Shown: piece after piece, positions 1 through 13,890 of the stretch
Layout: the number at the start of each line of letters is the position of its first letter
Numbering within the stretch: the first letter of the stretch is position 1
DNA from: the human T2T-CHM13v2.0 reference genome, Homo sapiens
Assembly: GCF_009914755.1 (NCBI RefSeq)
Contig: NC_060947.1
Strand: one strand, 5' to 3'
Length of the DNA stretch: 64,000 nucleotides
Made by a program: the position numbers and the translations under genes
Notes under the pieces: model-generated
The model's input: only the letters and a program-made list of their open reading frames with translations
The model's database searches: none
What the model was told of the DNA's origin: nothing

Positions 1-1978
1 ATTTTTAGCCATTATTTATTTGAAGACTTTCTCTGGTTCTTTCTCTCTCTCTTCTCTTTCTTTAATTCTCATAATGTGTGTGTTGGTCCATTTGATAGTG
101 TCCTACAAGTTCCTTAAGCTTTATTCACTCTTTTCATTCTTCTTTTTGTTCCTCTGACTGAATAATTTTCAATGACCTGTCTTCAAGTTTGTTGATTTAA
201 TTTTTGGTTTTGCTTGATCTAATCTGCTGTTGAACCCAGCTAGTGAGTTTCAGTTCATTTATTAAATTTTTTAGTTCCAAGATTTCTGTTTGGTAGTTCT
301 TAATATTTTCTGTCTCTTTGTTTCATTTCTCACTTTCTTCATGTGTTGCTCTCCTGACTTCAGTAAGCATATTTATGGCAGTTATTTTGAATTATCTGTC
401 AGGTATACTGTATATCTACATTTCTTTAGAGTCAGTTTCTGGAGATTTTTCTTGTTCCTTTGTTTGGAACATATTTATTTTTCTTCATTCTCCTTTACTC
501 TCTGAGTTGATGTCTGTGCATTTGGACAAGAAAATCACCTTTCCGTGTCTTTACCTATTTGCATAATACAGGAGAAAACCCTCTCCAATCAGCCTGGCTA
601 GGAATTTAAAGGCCTCTTAAACCCTGTTGCTAGTTCAACCTGCTTTTTTGTTCTTGAGTGCCCTCTGGCATCTAGATCCCATTAATGCTCTGAAGATAAG
701 CTGAGGCCAGTTCCTCAGGAAGTCCCCAGAAATCTGAATCATTAAATGTTCTGTCCAACTCTTTCCCTTTTTTAGGAATAAGCTGGTAATTGAGGTTGTT
801 AGCCTGTTAACTTTGTGCTGAACTTGGGGAGGAAGAGCTGTGGTCACTAGTTATGTGCTAAATCTAACCACTGTCTTTATTCTCACAGTCCTTGGGTGGC
901 TACAGTATGCTGGGTCCTATTAGTAGTCTAAGACAAGCTACACAGAGCCAGTCATTTGAGCACCTCCCAGAAATGTTGGATATCTGTTGCGTGTTCAACT
1001 CAATCTCTCATCTTGGAGAATCTGGGAGCTGGGATTTATTGCCTCCTTGCTTTGTGTTCAGCTGAGGTGATGAGCTGGGGTGAGTGCACACCCACTTATT
1101 CAAACCACCACATTTTTCTCTGTAGCCCCCAGGGGACCAGCATATAACAGCCCCCACAGCGTTTTGAGACAGGTGAGATAGAAACCACTTCCTTAGGGAA
1201 CACCCAAAAACTGGGGATATTAAATGTGCCATCCAACTCTTTATCTCCTCAAGGAGAATTTGGGAGCTGGAGTTTATCACTTGTTTTTGTTCTAGGTTGA
1301 ACCAGGGCAATGAGCTATGGTGTGTCTTCACCCCAGTTTAAACTGCTACTTTATTCTCTGTAGCCTCCAGATACCTACTATATACCTGTTGAGTATCCCT
1401 TAATCAAAATGCTTGGGGCTAGAAGTGTTTCAGGTTTTATTTATTTTCAAATTTTGGAATATTTGTTTTATACTTACCTGTTCAGCATCCCTAATTGAAA
1501 AATCTGAAATCTGAAATGCTTCCAACAAACATTTCCTTTGAATGCCTTCTTGATGCTTAAAAAGGTTTGGGTTTTGTAGCATTTCTGATTCTGGATTTTT
1601 GCATTAGGGATACTCAGCTTTTATTAGTAGGCCCTATCAATTTTCTTAGACAACATGATAGAAGGCAGTCCCTTGGTTAGCATCCAAAAAAGTTTGAACA
1701 TTAGATCTATGGACCAAGTCCTTCGAAGAAACTAAGAGCTGGGATTTCTCCTTAATCATATGGCATTGTGCCCAGGGTGAAGGTTATGGGAAGAGGATAT
1801 CTCTGCTTCTCTTACTGATTTTACTATGGCTGGTCTGGTAAACTAGGACAGGATGTAAGAGCTTCTCAACTCATTTTTGGGTTTCTCAAAAAGAAATTGA
1901 CCTGTGAGTCACTCTTGTATTAGGGATCTTGGGAAGAAGGAGTGTCCAGGTTTCCTATTCTGCCATCTTGCTGATGTC
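1..1978 (-). mobile_element. Ancient L1M element: ORF1 remnant plus 5'UTR with ~238-bp repeat units
   Basis: 1-640 is typical antisense ORF1 sequence. The reverse complement of ~1953-1978 reads gacatcagcaagatggcagaatagga, a canonical L1M 5' start with a YY1-like CAAGATGGC. Confidence 0.7.
1385..1620 (+). mobile_element. Tigger4a/MER46-type TcMar DNA transposon (MITE) inserted in the L1 5'UTR
   Basis: TIR-like ends gttgagtatccctt ... agggatactcagc, with internal ttcagcatccctaat and aaatctgaaatgct motifs matching the recalled Tigger4a consensus. Confidence 0.8.
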
Positions 1979-2149
1979 CTTAAACACATTCTTTTAAAGG
2001 GCAAATTTTTATTTATGTCAATTACACCTCAATAAACTTGACGTTTTCAAAAAACTTCCATGGATAAGTTATAATCAAGGAACAGGTAGAAGATGAAGCT
2101 TGGAAGATTGAGAAAGTATGGTAATAATGCTGGGAGAAAATGCAGAAGC

Positions 2150-3850
2150 AATATGGAAACCAATGGAGAAATCTTAACATGCAAGGTCGAACTAAACATC
2201 TAATGACTCCTGCAAATCACTCTAAGTTTAGTAAACAGAATGTCACTTATGACCTTGGCAAAGAGGGCTTGAAGTACAGCAGTGGGACTGAAAGTCTGAG
2301 GTAAGTACATGGTAAAAGTGTGAAATCTATTATATAAAGATTTTTTAACTAAAAGAAAGAAGAGAAAGAAGGGGATAGCTAGATAGGAAAACATGATCAA
2401 AGGAGGATTTTTATAATAAAGCTGGTAAGAGAAGAGGTCTACAGATCCAATAACATAAAGAAATGCATTACATAATGAAGTTCTTGAGGAGGCAAAATAT
2501 CATGGATCAATAGTACACATGGAAGGGAGTAGTATGCTTTGATAAGAGGAAGGATGCTATTATGTGTTCAACTGTACCCCCAACCAACAAATTTACATGC
2601 TGATGTCCTTATTCCTAGTACCTCATAATGTGACTTTATCTGTATATAGGGTTTTTACAGAAGTATTTAAGTTAAAATGGGGTAATTACAGTGGGCTCTA
2701 ATTTGGTATAACTGATGTCTTACTAAAAGAGGAACTTCACACACATAAACATGCAGAGAAGAAAAATGATGTGAAGAGACACAGGGAGAAGATGACTATC
2801 TACAAGCCAAGGAGGGAGCCTAAAACAGATCCTTCCCTTAGAGTCTAACACCTTGATATTTGACATCTAGCCTCAAGAACTTTGAGACAATAAATTTTTA
2901 CTGTTTAAGCCACCCAGTTTGCAGGTTCTTTGTTTAAGACAGCTCTAGAAAAGTAATGGAGACAGCTTCTTCACTGAAACTGGAGTGATAGAGAGCAAAA
3001 TGAGAGAAGATACAATACAATTTTCAGTGGCAGGGAGGAATATGAAAGAGTTCATAGCTACTATGCTATTTTTTGTGGAATAAGATGCAAAATAGTCTAT
3101 TAAAAAGAACGTGTAGAGGGCTAGACAAAAATGGTGATGATTTGAACTAGCTGTTCTAAAGAACAAAATAGAAAGCTGACTAGTGATATATAAAAGTTAT
3201 TATTGGGTAGTATTGTGAGTACGGTTAGCATGAGCAGCCATGGATTTTTAGTGATGCCTATGTGTATAGTTGTGTTCTTCTCCAACATTGCTCATAAACG
3301 TGGTGGTAAACTGATCGAGGGTTTGGGGGCATGGTTTGGAAAGGCAATGTAAATAAAATGGAACATGGGAAAAGTAATGTTAATGAGAAATGTGATATAG
3401 TCTGGATAGCAAAGGAAGTAAAAACTGAAAGTAGCTGATATGTTGAAAGAAAATGGAGAAGTCAAGGAGCTAAAGTTCCTCATGAGGTAAGAAAGTAAGT
3501 GAACTGCTCAGAATATGAGGTTTGGATTATATCTTAAGATTTCAAAGTTGGAGCAGTTCTGGGCATAGATGAGTGCCTGAGATATGAAAGTTGTGATTGA
3601 AGTGAAGACATTATGAAGTTAAGATGGTAGTTGAGTTATTCACCTGGGCTTTGAAGTTACCAATGATAGCTTTGGTATGTAGGATTACATACCAAAAGAC
3701 TGATCTAGGTGCCAACATTTTCATAAGTGGCTAACAGATTAGTGAATATGGATTGCAAGGAAGGGCAAAAGATGATAGTAGGTAATATAGCTGGATGCTA
3801 CAGGCCTCAAAGAAGAGGGAAATTTCAACCACAGGTAGAGAAACAATTAT
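2150..3850 (-). mobile_element. L2 (LINE2) remnant interrupted by an MLT1 LTR
   Basis: Purine-rich plus strand. Minus-strand ORF 2200-2400 contains LQALFAKVISDIL, resembling the L2/CR1 RT motif ETALxKVTNDLL. Boundaries are approximate. Confidence 0.5.
2555..2960 (+). mobile_element. MLT1B-like MaLR solo LTR
   Basis: Motifs atgtgaagagacacagggagaagatg, ctacaagccaagg and gagacaataaatttttactgtttaagccacccagttt. Confidence 0.8.
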
Positions 3851-3993
3851 ATTATCTCTTACGTTTTTATTGCAATAAAGGCGTATTATGTCATATATAT
3901 GTATATGTAGATATAGATATCAGTGTTAAATATATATGCAATTCCATGAAATAAAATTTAATGCCTGGCAAAGTTAACAACATGAAAAGAAAT

Positions 3994-4270
3994 ACAGATG
4001 GTTCCCCACTTACAATGGTTATACATAAGGTTTTTTGACTTTACAATGGTCCTAAAGTCATATGCGTTTAGTAAAAACCATACTTCAAATTTTGAATTTT
4101 GATCTTTTTCCAGGCTTGTCATATACAATATGATAGAATGTATCACTTTTGGGATGCTGGACAGTGGCAGCAAGCTACATCTCACAATCAGCCATGCTAA
4201 TGTAAGTGCTCTGATCACTTTTAAGGTAGGATAGGCTAAGCTATGATATTTGGTAGGTGTATTAAAATGA
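3994..4270 (-). mobile_element. MER47/Tigger5-type DNA transposon fragment
   Basis: Terminus cagatggttccccacttacaatggtt; internal tttaaggtaggataggctaagctatgat, the reverse complement of the recalled MER47 sequence. Confidence 0.7.
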
Positions 4271-4513
4271 CGCATACCTTGATATAATGTGCTGTCTCAT
4301 ACTAAGCAGCAAAGTGATTTCTCTACATAGTCGGCCTATGGTAAGGAGGTGATCATGATTAGAGAACACAGTGTAATTATGTACCTTACTCTAAACTCAG
4401 GACTTAGGATTCTTTACAGCAGCAACTCTCCCCACACGTCTTGTTCACAGGATGCATCCTCAGGCTCTGATACTTTCTAATTTTCTGTTGCCCACAAAAT
4501 ATTACCATTAAAC

Positions 4514-4652
4514 CAGCACTGTCCAATAAAACATTTTTCAATTATGGCAACTTTCTATGTTTTCACTGTTTAATGTGGTAGTTACTGATAAATTTAAATT
4601 TGAATTTAAATAACCATATGTTGCTAGTGGCTATAATATTGGAGAACACAGC
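4514..4652 (+). mobile_element. MER3-like hAT-Charlie MITE
   Basis: Inverted ends cagcactgtccaata ... tattggagaacacag, with internal ctagtggcta. Confidence 0.65.
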
Positions 4653-5943
4653 CTTAGAGCTTGTTAGATGACATAAAAAACATAATTCATCCTAACAAGT
4701 TATTGACCCCATCTATGATGTCCTTTCAAGATGACTGTCTTTTAACTGGGTAACAAAGGTACAAGGCTTTAACAAAAGAGAATGATTCTATAACAATGGT
4801 AGGAATTTCAACAAATTGGCATAGCAGAAACTTCTGGGGATAAAGATTGTTCATGGAAATCAGAAAATTCCACTACATATGTAACAGCTCCTTATGCTTG
4901 CATGCAAAATAAACTTGGTAGAATAGGTTGCTTTTTAGAGCCTCAGTTCATTGAGAAGTCAGAGGTCTTACCTCCCTAAGGTATAAAAACAACATATTTA
5001 CATCTGCTTTACAAGCTGGAACTCTGCTCCTGGCCATTGCACTTACATTTTTAAAATGCGTATATGCTCTGATATCTCCAGTTGGGAGTATTAATAAATA
5101 ATAATCGTCAGAGAAAGGTTAACTTAGGGAGGGAGAGCCCCAGTACTCCAATTGGGCATTTAAAACAATTCTCTTTATTGACATCTCAACTTTCTTTCTT
5201 TCTGCATTAGCTTCACCACCTCTTTAGCAGTACTGTTTACTTTCTAAAACTAATGATTATCGAGAACAGGTGTGCAAGATTCTTGTCCTTATTAGAATCA
5301 GATATACCGAAGTATTAGAGTATCTGATGTTGAAAATAATTTCCTCCAACACCTTTGGAATGATACCTCTGAAATTCAACTCATTTACTTACTATGGATT
5401 GCTGCCTTGTCTCCTGCTATTCTCCAATATGACTTCCTGCAGTTATGCTGTTTAATTATGTGCCTAAGAAGCACGCCCTCTACATTTCTTGCTTTTCTTT
5501 TTCCCGCCTCTGAGTGTTAGTTTCGTTACTTTAAAATCAGATGAATAATGCTTAAATCCCTGAAGATTTGTATTTGTATTTTATATGGAAAAACCACTGA
5601 CATCTGGCACATGGTAAATATAAAAACAATGTTTAAGTGTTAGTTATTTTCCCTTTTTCCTTGTTTTATCCTTCCTAAAAACCTCCATAATAATGTTTGC
5701 CATTTATATTATATTGTATTTCAAGGGATTTTTTAAATGCATATATTTTACATAGCCTCACCAACATTGTAATCTTCTTAAAAACAAGGTAGGGAAGAAA
5801 AGTCAGCTTATATTTCTTTGTAAATATAATAGTATCTATTACATAGTAGGTGCTTAAAAAGTTAAATTTTGTCAATAGATTTGTAGAGATATATAAGGAT
5901 ATGCTAGTACAACATACAACAGTCACATATGCTTAAATGTAAC

Positions 5944-6048
5944 ATGACTGTGAACAAATTCCTTAACATCCCTGAATCTCCATCTCCTCATACATAAGAT
6001 GAAGATGATAACAATATGTACTTAGAAAGGTTATTGTAGGACGAAGGA
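5944..6048 (+). mobile_element. MIR fragment
   Basis: Core-like tgactgtgaacaaattccttaacatccctgaatctcc...gataacaat...ggttattgtagga. Confidence 0.55.
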
Positions 6049-6379
6049 TAAAACTTAACAGGGGCAGGATTTACAAAAGCTCAGATTCATACCAGATCTA
6101 CGCTTATGAGTATGCAGTTTGAGAGAGATTTTGACAAACCAAAGATTGTCCAAAATGGAGTGACTAAGGAGGTGAGGTATTTAGAAAAGAGAAAACACAG
6201 AAACAAGAACATAACATTAATTTTTAAACGTATAAGTAATTGCTTGTGGAAGCAGAAACATTTAACTCTTACCCTGAAGAGCAAAAACAGGACTATTGGG
6301 AGAGATGTAACAATAAGGGCTTCAAATCACTCCAATTTGATTTTCCTATATTATGTAGTAGAAGCAGCATGAAAAAAGG

Positions 6380-6470
6380 AAATTAAGCACACAAATTTTA
6401 GTCCCAACTTTCCAAGCATGCAGCTGTGTGATCTTGGACAATTCATTTTATCTTTCTGAGCTTCAGTTTC
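6380..6470 (+). mobile_element. MIR fragment
   Basis: agctgtgtgatcttggacaattcattttatctttctgagcttcagtttc is MIR core sequence. Confidence 0.6.
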
Positions 6471-7055
6471 AAATACTCAAAATAAGTTTATTTTGCTTAA
6501 CTAAAAGTTCTCAAATTTGAACATTCTAGGGTCTTAATTTACACAAGAGAAAAAATGTGCCTTCCTGTAAAAGTCAAACTTGAGAGATTTATGTTTTCTA
6601 AGAAATCCATGTGAGGCAATTAGATTTTCAAGATTTATGATGATAGTGGACTCAATTGAATTTGTACTAAATTATAACTCTAGAAAAATTACTGTTTTCT
6701 GATTTATTGTTTCTCTAATAAATATTTAATGTATAGCTTAATGGTTCATAGTAAGTAAAATATCCAGTGGTGTCATTCTTGAATAATGTATTAAACAATA
6801 GCTAAGGAAAATGCCTGGAAAATATTGAATGTATAGGTAACTCTGTCTTGTAAAAGTTGTATTCTTTAATAGAGTAGAGGTCTCTAAACAACTTTTAGAA
6901 CAAATGGATAGTGTTTATTTTCCTGATGAGAAATAAAGATGACAAAAATAGAAAACTGCTTCTGAGAATTTTAGTTATACAAAGAAAAAAATGATTAAAA
7001 TGAATGTGGTTTATTACAAGTCTGATATATCAAATTTAAATTGCTGCTTGTTGTG

Positions 7056-7354
<299 letters not shown>

Positions 7355-8105
7355 ATGTTGTAAAAAGGAAAAATGTAGCTTCAAATTTCATCACTTTCTT
7401 AATAAACATAAGTGTATGTAGTTCCTAGAATATCAATAGCCCAAAGCTACCAAACCATCAAATGAAATATTAAAATTTCATTATATACTTTCTTTAGCAA
7501 TAGATTTACTGTGGCAATCTATCATTGAAGAAAATATAAAACTAAACTTGTAAGAAGTGTTTATAAAACCTTAAATTGTTGAGTCTAATTTTAAGATTGT
7601 ATGAGAGCTCAAAGCAATTCATGGTGTCTTTATAATTCAAGAGAACCATCTTCAAGGTGAAACAACAGTAGAATAACATCATTAAAGCAAATGTGACAAT
7701 ATATAACTTTCTACTTACAAAATAGCTTACCTCATTATAGTTTTACTTTTATACAGACATATATGTATTTTTCTCTACATAATGAAAGCTCTATGCAATA
7801 CTGTAAAGAGAAAATTGTTATTAAGAAAAGATAATGTTCAAGGTTACACAGTTTAATCAATAACTGTTGAAGATATACAATGGGCTAGGCCTTCTAGAAA
7901 GTACAAAGCAATTAGAAGGTATTGTCTTTTCTTTTAAAAAACTGATAATTTGATTCATGGAGCAGGTCTAAAACAAAATAAAATAAGTAATACAAGATAA
8001 TAAGTGATCAAGGACTTAAATCATGTAATAAAGGCTAGGTGTTACAGAAGTTTCGAAAAGGAGCACTGAATTACTCAAAGGAAACTCCACAGAGGAAGAG
8101 GGTGT

Positions 8106-8466
8106 TGCTATGGTCTGAATTCTGGTGTCTCCCTCAAATCCATATGTTGGAACCTAATACCCAATATGAAAGAATGAATAGATGGAGACTTTGATAAACG
8201 ATTGAGCCATAAGGGCTCCATCCTCATGAACGGGATTAGTGCCTTTATAAAAGAGGCTCAAGCATGCCCTCTTTCACTTCTGTCACATGGAGGCACAGCT
8301 AGAAGGCACTCTCCATGAAAGAGAGACCAAGTCCCAACCAGACATCAAATTTGTTAATGCCTTGATATTTGACTTTCCAGCTTGAAGAACTATGAGCAAT
8401 AAATTTCTGTTGTTTATAAATTACCAAGTTTATGGTATTTTATTATAGCAGAATGGACTAAGGCAG
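8106..8466 (+). mobile_element. MLT1A-like MaLR solo LTR (within an L2 remnant)
   Basis: TG...CA ends: tgctatggtctgaat ... gcaataaatttctgttgtttataaattacc ... atggactaaggca. Confidence 0.8.
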
Positions 8467-8911
8467 TTTGTTAGCTAGTGCTTTTAAAAATGGGCAGAAT
8501 TTGTAGTATTGAGAAGAAGATGTATGACCAATCTTGCTGAAGCAAATGACATTAGAAAATACAATGAAAATAGGAATAAGTGAATTGTTTTAAGGAAAAA
8601 GTGACTCTGGCTTTTCCCTTTCTAGACAAAGGCATTCTATGCCAAGACATTGAGTTAAAGAAGGCCTTTTCTTGCTATTCTTTAGTAAAGTCTTGTGTAC
8701 ATTTTGGTTGTTGGTATCATAAAATCTTCCAGAAAGTGAAACTTGGATTCCACAAAGAGAAAAGAAATAATCTTTAGAATCAACAAAGGCACTGTACAGG
8801 TCATTTAGTTGGCAACTTGAAAATAAGAGTATGAGTACAAAATGTAATTTTATTCCTCCATTCCATTAATAAGAAAGCAGCTCACTAGTTAGAGTTCTAA
8901 CATAATTTTTA

Positions 8912-9043
8912 AAAAATTACTTAATGGGTATGGTGTACATTATTCAGATGATGGATATACTAAAAGCCAAGACTTCACTGTTATACTATATATACACATA
9001 ATAAAATTGCACCTGCACCTCTTAAATTTATACAAACAAAAAT
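8912..9043 (+). mobile_element. Short L1 3'-end fragment (L1PB/L1MA-like)
   Basis: aattacttaatgggta...ctaaaagccaagacttcac...aaaattgcacctgcacc plus A tail; parallels 12865-12990. Confidence 0.75.
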
Positions 9044-10225
9044 ATACCAGTCTATTTGTATAGGGATGGGTAGTGATAGCTAATATTTAAAGATTGCATA
9101 TTATGTGCTGAGTTCTGCTCTTCTAAGTATGATGTGTAGATTATCTCATTTAATGCACACAATCTTACAAGTAGATAGTATTATTAAGTATATTGTACAA
9201 TAGTAGAAACAGATTGAGACTGCTTTTCCTTCAGTGACAGAAAATGTTTCCTTGTTATAATTTGAACTTGCTTTAATATAATTTCTACCAGCATTAGACT
9301 TGGCATATTTACATGAAGCTCATAGGTAGAATGCAAAGGATCATTGTGTTCTTCCTTCTTCACTTTTAGAAGACATGTCTGGTAAGTGAGCATGTTCCTT
9401 ACCAAATGAATGCTCAGTTTTCCTTGGGGATAGCTTGAACTTTACATTGATGACAGACATCATGCGTAAAGTGCCTAAATATTGTGGAAGGATAGTTGAG
9501 AACTTTTCCATTATTATGTTTCCTTTTTTTGTTTCTAAGCATTTAATCTGTAAGAAATCAGCTATATACATATTTAAGAGCTGAATCACAGCTTTATTAA
9601 GAATAAATTATATTGTCCATTGTTTCTTGGAAGTAAGAACAAAATAACCAAGATGTTTTCAAAAATTTATTAGATTCATGGAGTTATTTTTAGACTAAGC
9701 AGTCCCTCTATGGGACATTATATGTACAATTTTATAAATTAATGAAGAATAAATTATAAAACAACATGTAATGTTATTATTTGTTATTATCTTGTTGAAA
9801 GTCAAAAGTCCCTTCTCTGAATATGTATCACAATTGAATTTCACCAGGGTAAGTTGTTAGTTTAATATTATAGAAATATCAGGAAAGCATGTGCTATCTT
9901 CAAGGATGCTATCTTTCCACAGATACATTTATCTGGGTGTTTCTACAGAATCAGATGCAAAGCAGACTGTAAATACACATTCAGGTATATTGCCTACATG
10001 ACATCAAATTGCTGTAAGCGTCTAATTATTTCTTATCTAGATGTTTGCTGTTACTTAGACAAATTTCAAATATTCTTTTAAAATGGGGAAAGAAACTAAA
10101 TTTGTCTGTGTCCATTCAGTACCATCTAATTGTCAACTCTTTGACAATTTCATTGAAGACAGCAGAGTTGAATCACAAGAAACCTTCTGTCCATGGCTTA
10201 TTTTTAAATGTTTATGAAAGACACC

Positions 10226-12564
10226 CAAAAGAAATAGAAATCCTGAACAGACCAATAATGAGTAATGAAATTGAATCGGTAATTTAGAAATCTCCCAAGG
10301 GGGAAAATATATCCAGTACCCGACAGATTCACAGCTGAATTCTACCAGACATACAAAGAAGAACTGGTACCAATCCTACTGAAACTGTTCCAAAAAATCA
10401 AGGAGGAAGGAATCCTCTCTAACTCATTCTATGAAGCCAGTAACAACCTAATACCAAAGCCAGGCAAGAACACAACAACAACAAAACTACAGACCAATGT
10501 CCCTGATGAACATACATACAAAAATTCTCAACAAAATACTAACAAACTGAATTGAATAGCACATCAAAAAGATAATACACCATAGTCAAGTGGAACTTAT
10601 ATCAGGGATGCAAGGATGGCTCAGCATATGCAAATCAATAAATGCGATTCACCACATAAACAGATTTAAAAACAAAACAATATGAATATCTCAATAGATA
10701 CAGAAAAGCATTTGACAAAACTTAGCATAACTTCATGATAAAAACCCTAAACAAACTAGGCATAGAAGTAACACACCTCAAAATAATAAAAGGCATATAT
10801 GACAAACCCATAGCCAACATCATACTGAACCTGGAAAAGTTGAAAGCATTCCCCTAAAGAACTGGATTAAGATGAAACAAAGATGTCCACTCTTACCACT
10901 CCTATTCAACATAGTAATGGAAATCCTAGCCAGATCAATTAGGAAAGAGAAAGAAAGAAAAGGCATCCAAATTAGAAAACAAGAAGTCAAATTATCTCTA
11001 TTCACCAGTGACATGATCTTATACATAGATAACCATAAAGACTCTTCCAAAAGACTCCTTCCTATATTTGGGAAATGAATTCAAAAAAGTATCAGGATAC
11101 AAAAGCAATGTATGCAAATCAGTGGCATTTCTATACACCAATAAAGGCCAAGCTTAGAAACAGTCAAGAGCTCAATCCCATTTATAATAGCTACAGCTTA
11201 AAAACTTAGGAATTCATTTAACTAAGGAGGTAAAATATTTCTACAAAGGAAACTACAAAACACTGAAGAAAGAAATAATAGATGACACAAACAAATGAAA
11301 GAAACGTTCCATGCTCGTGGATCAGAAGAATCAATGTCATTAAAATGACCATACTGCCAAAAACAATCTATAGATTCAACACAATTTTTATTAAACCACT
11401 GTCAGTTTTCACAGAATTAGAAAACACAATCCTAAAATTCATATTGAACCAAAAATCCAAAGCAATCCTAAGCAAAAAAGAACAAAGTTGGGCACATCAC
11501 ATTACCTGACTTCAAATTATACTACAAGGCTAGAATAACCAGAACCGTATGGTACTGATATAAAAATAGACACATAGCTTAATGGAAAAGAATAGAGAAT
11601 CCAAAAATAAAGCCACATACCTGCAGCATACTGTTCTTTGACAAAGCTGACAAAAACAAACACTGGGGAAAGGACACCCTCTTCAATAAATGTTGCTGGC
11701 ATAATTGGGTAGCCACATGCAGAAGAATAAAACTAAACCCCTATTTTTCAATATATACAAAAATTAAATCAAAATGGACTAAAGACTTAAATTAAGACCT
11801 GAAACTAGAAAAATTCTAGAAGTAGACCTAAGAAAAAAACTATTTTGGACATTGGCCTAGGCAAAAAATTTATGACTAAGTCCTCAAAAGCAAATGCAAC
11901 AATACCAAAAATAGACAAATGAAACTTTTTGAAAATAAATATTCTCTGCATAGCAAAAGAAATAATTAACAGAGTGAAAACAGAGTGAAAAGACAACCTA
12001 CAGAATAGGAGAAAATATTTGCAAACTATGCATCCGACAAAAGAGTAATATCTAGTATCTTCAAGGAACTCAAACAACTCAAGAAAAAACCCACTAAAAG
12101 GTGGGCAAAGGATATAAACAGACATTTTTCAAAAGAAGTCATACAAGTGACCAAAAAACATCAAAAAATCCTCAACATTACTATTTATCCTATAAATGCA
12201 AATTCAAACCACAGTGAGATACCATCTTATACCAGTCAGAATGGCTGTTATTAAAAAGTCAAAAACCAACTGGTATTGTTGGTGAAGATGCAGAGAAAAG
12301 GGAATGCTTATGCCTGGTTGGAGGGAATTTAAATTTGTAGAAACTTTCAAAAACAATATGGAGATTTTTCAAAAACTAAAAATAGAAATACCATTCAGTC
12401 CAGCAATTCTACTGCTGGGTATCTACCTGAAAGAAAAAGGAAAATAAATAATCATATCAAAAAGTACCTGCACTTGGATATTTGTCACAACACTATTTAC
12501 AGTAGCAAAGATATGGAATCAAACTAAGTGTCTATTAATGGATTAATTGGATAAAGAAAATGTG

Positions 12565-12613
<49 letters not shown>

Positions 12614-13000
12614 TATACCTGAGTAGTACCATGGAGTACTACTCAGCTGTAAAAAATAATAAAATTATGTATTTTTGAGTAACATGAATGGAACTGGAAG
12701 CCATTATTTTAAGTGAAATAACTCAGAAACAGAATGTCAAATATTGCATGTTCTCACTTATAAGCAGGATCTAAATAATGTGTACACAAGAACAATAGAG
12801 AGTGAAATAATAGACATCGGAAACTTGGAAAGATGGGAGGGCAGGAGAGTAGTAAGGAATGAGAAATTACCTAATGGGTACAATGTACAGTATGCAGTGA
12901 TGGTCACACTAAAAGCCTAGACTTCACCACTATACAATATATTGATGTAACAAAATTGCACTTGTGCCCCATAAATATATAAAAAGAAAAATTAAAAAAA
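10226..13000 (+). mobile_element. 5'-truncated L1 (L1PB/L1MA-like): degenerate ORF2 RT region, 3'UTR and A tail
   Basis: ORF fragments [40 protein letters not shown] and [23 protein letters not shown] are L1 ORF2. Multiple stops and frameshifts. Confidence 0.93.
12567..12610. repeat. (GT)n microsatellite inside L1
   Basis: Direct reading; about 22 units. Confidence 0.95.
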
Positions 13001-13890
13001 TCTTCACAAAGACTTCTTGTATACAAATATTAATAATGGATATTTCAAGGTGGTAGTATTTTAGAGCGATTTTGAGTTACTTCTTTGTAATTTCCTGTGA
13101 TTTTTTATTTATGATGTGGAATGTCATATCTATAAAAGTCTTTATTCCTTACAAATAACACCCATGAACCTAGCAGAAAAGAAAGAATCCTTGGCAATGC
13201 CTTCAAGAAGTAATGAAAAGTAAGGCTATGCCAGATTCTGGTAACATTTTTTTTGCAATCTTCCAAATTAGTGGTAAATGATTATGAAGCCTCTTATATC
13301 AATAAAAAAGGTGGGGGGGGGGAATACAAATGGACAACAAACAAGTAATTATATACTCAGATTCACTATTACAATGAAATATCAGTTCTCGCTTATTGCA
13401 CTGGTATTAAGTTAGAGTAGAATGCAGACACATTCTTTGTTAAGCAAAGTAACCAAGTTTATTAAATAAAGAAAAGATATACATACAGGAGAAGACTTAT
13501 ATTCCTTCACTGGCTTATGCTTATATTATTCCTTTCTTTAAAGTATCTAACTGATAAATGTTTTCTAGTCTAATGATTAGTTCAGTTTATTCTATTCTCA
13601 TAATCTTCACATATAATGATGGTTTCTTTTATTAAATCTCTATGACTTTGGTTTTAATTTTTAATTTTAGTGAAGGCTGATTCAAACAAGGTGGGAATTA
13701 ATGATATTTAAGTAATTTACATTCTTACCAACAGTGTACAAGAGTTCCCTTTTCTCCACATTCTCAGCAGCATTTGTTATTACTTGACTTTTGGATATAA
13801 GCTATTTTAACTGGGGTGAGATAATATCTCATTGTAGTTTTTATTTGCATTTCTCTGATAATCAATGATGTTGAGCACCTTTTTGTATGC

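Noticed and set aside
5078-5155. Imperfect 13-bp inverted repeat around a ~50-nt loop
   Set aside because: Too short and imperfect to separate from chance; no TSD and no pre-miRNA-like stem.
9923-9984. Possible small exon (ttccacag|...CAG|gtatat)
   Set aside because: Weak donor, no recognisable peptide, and such matches are expected by chance in 64 kb.
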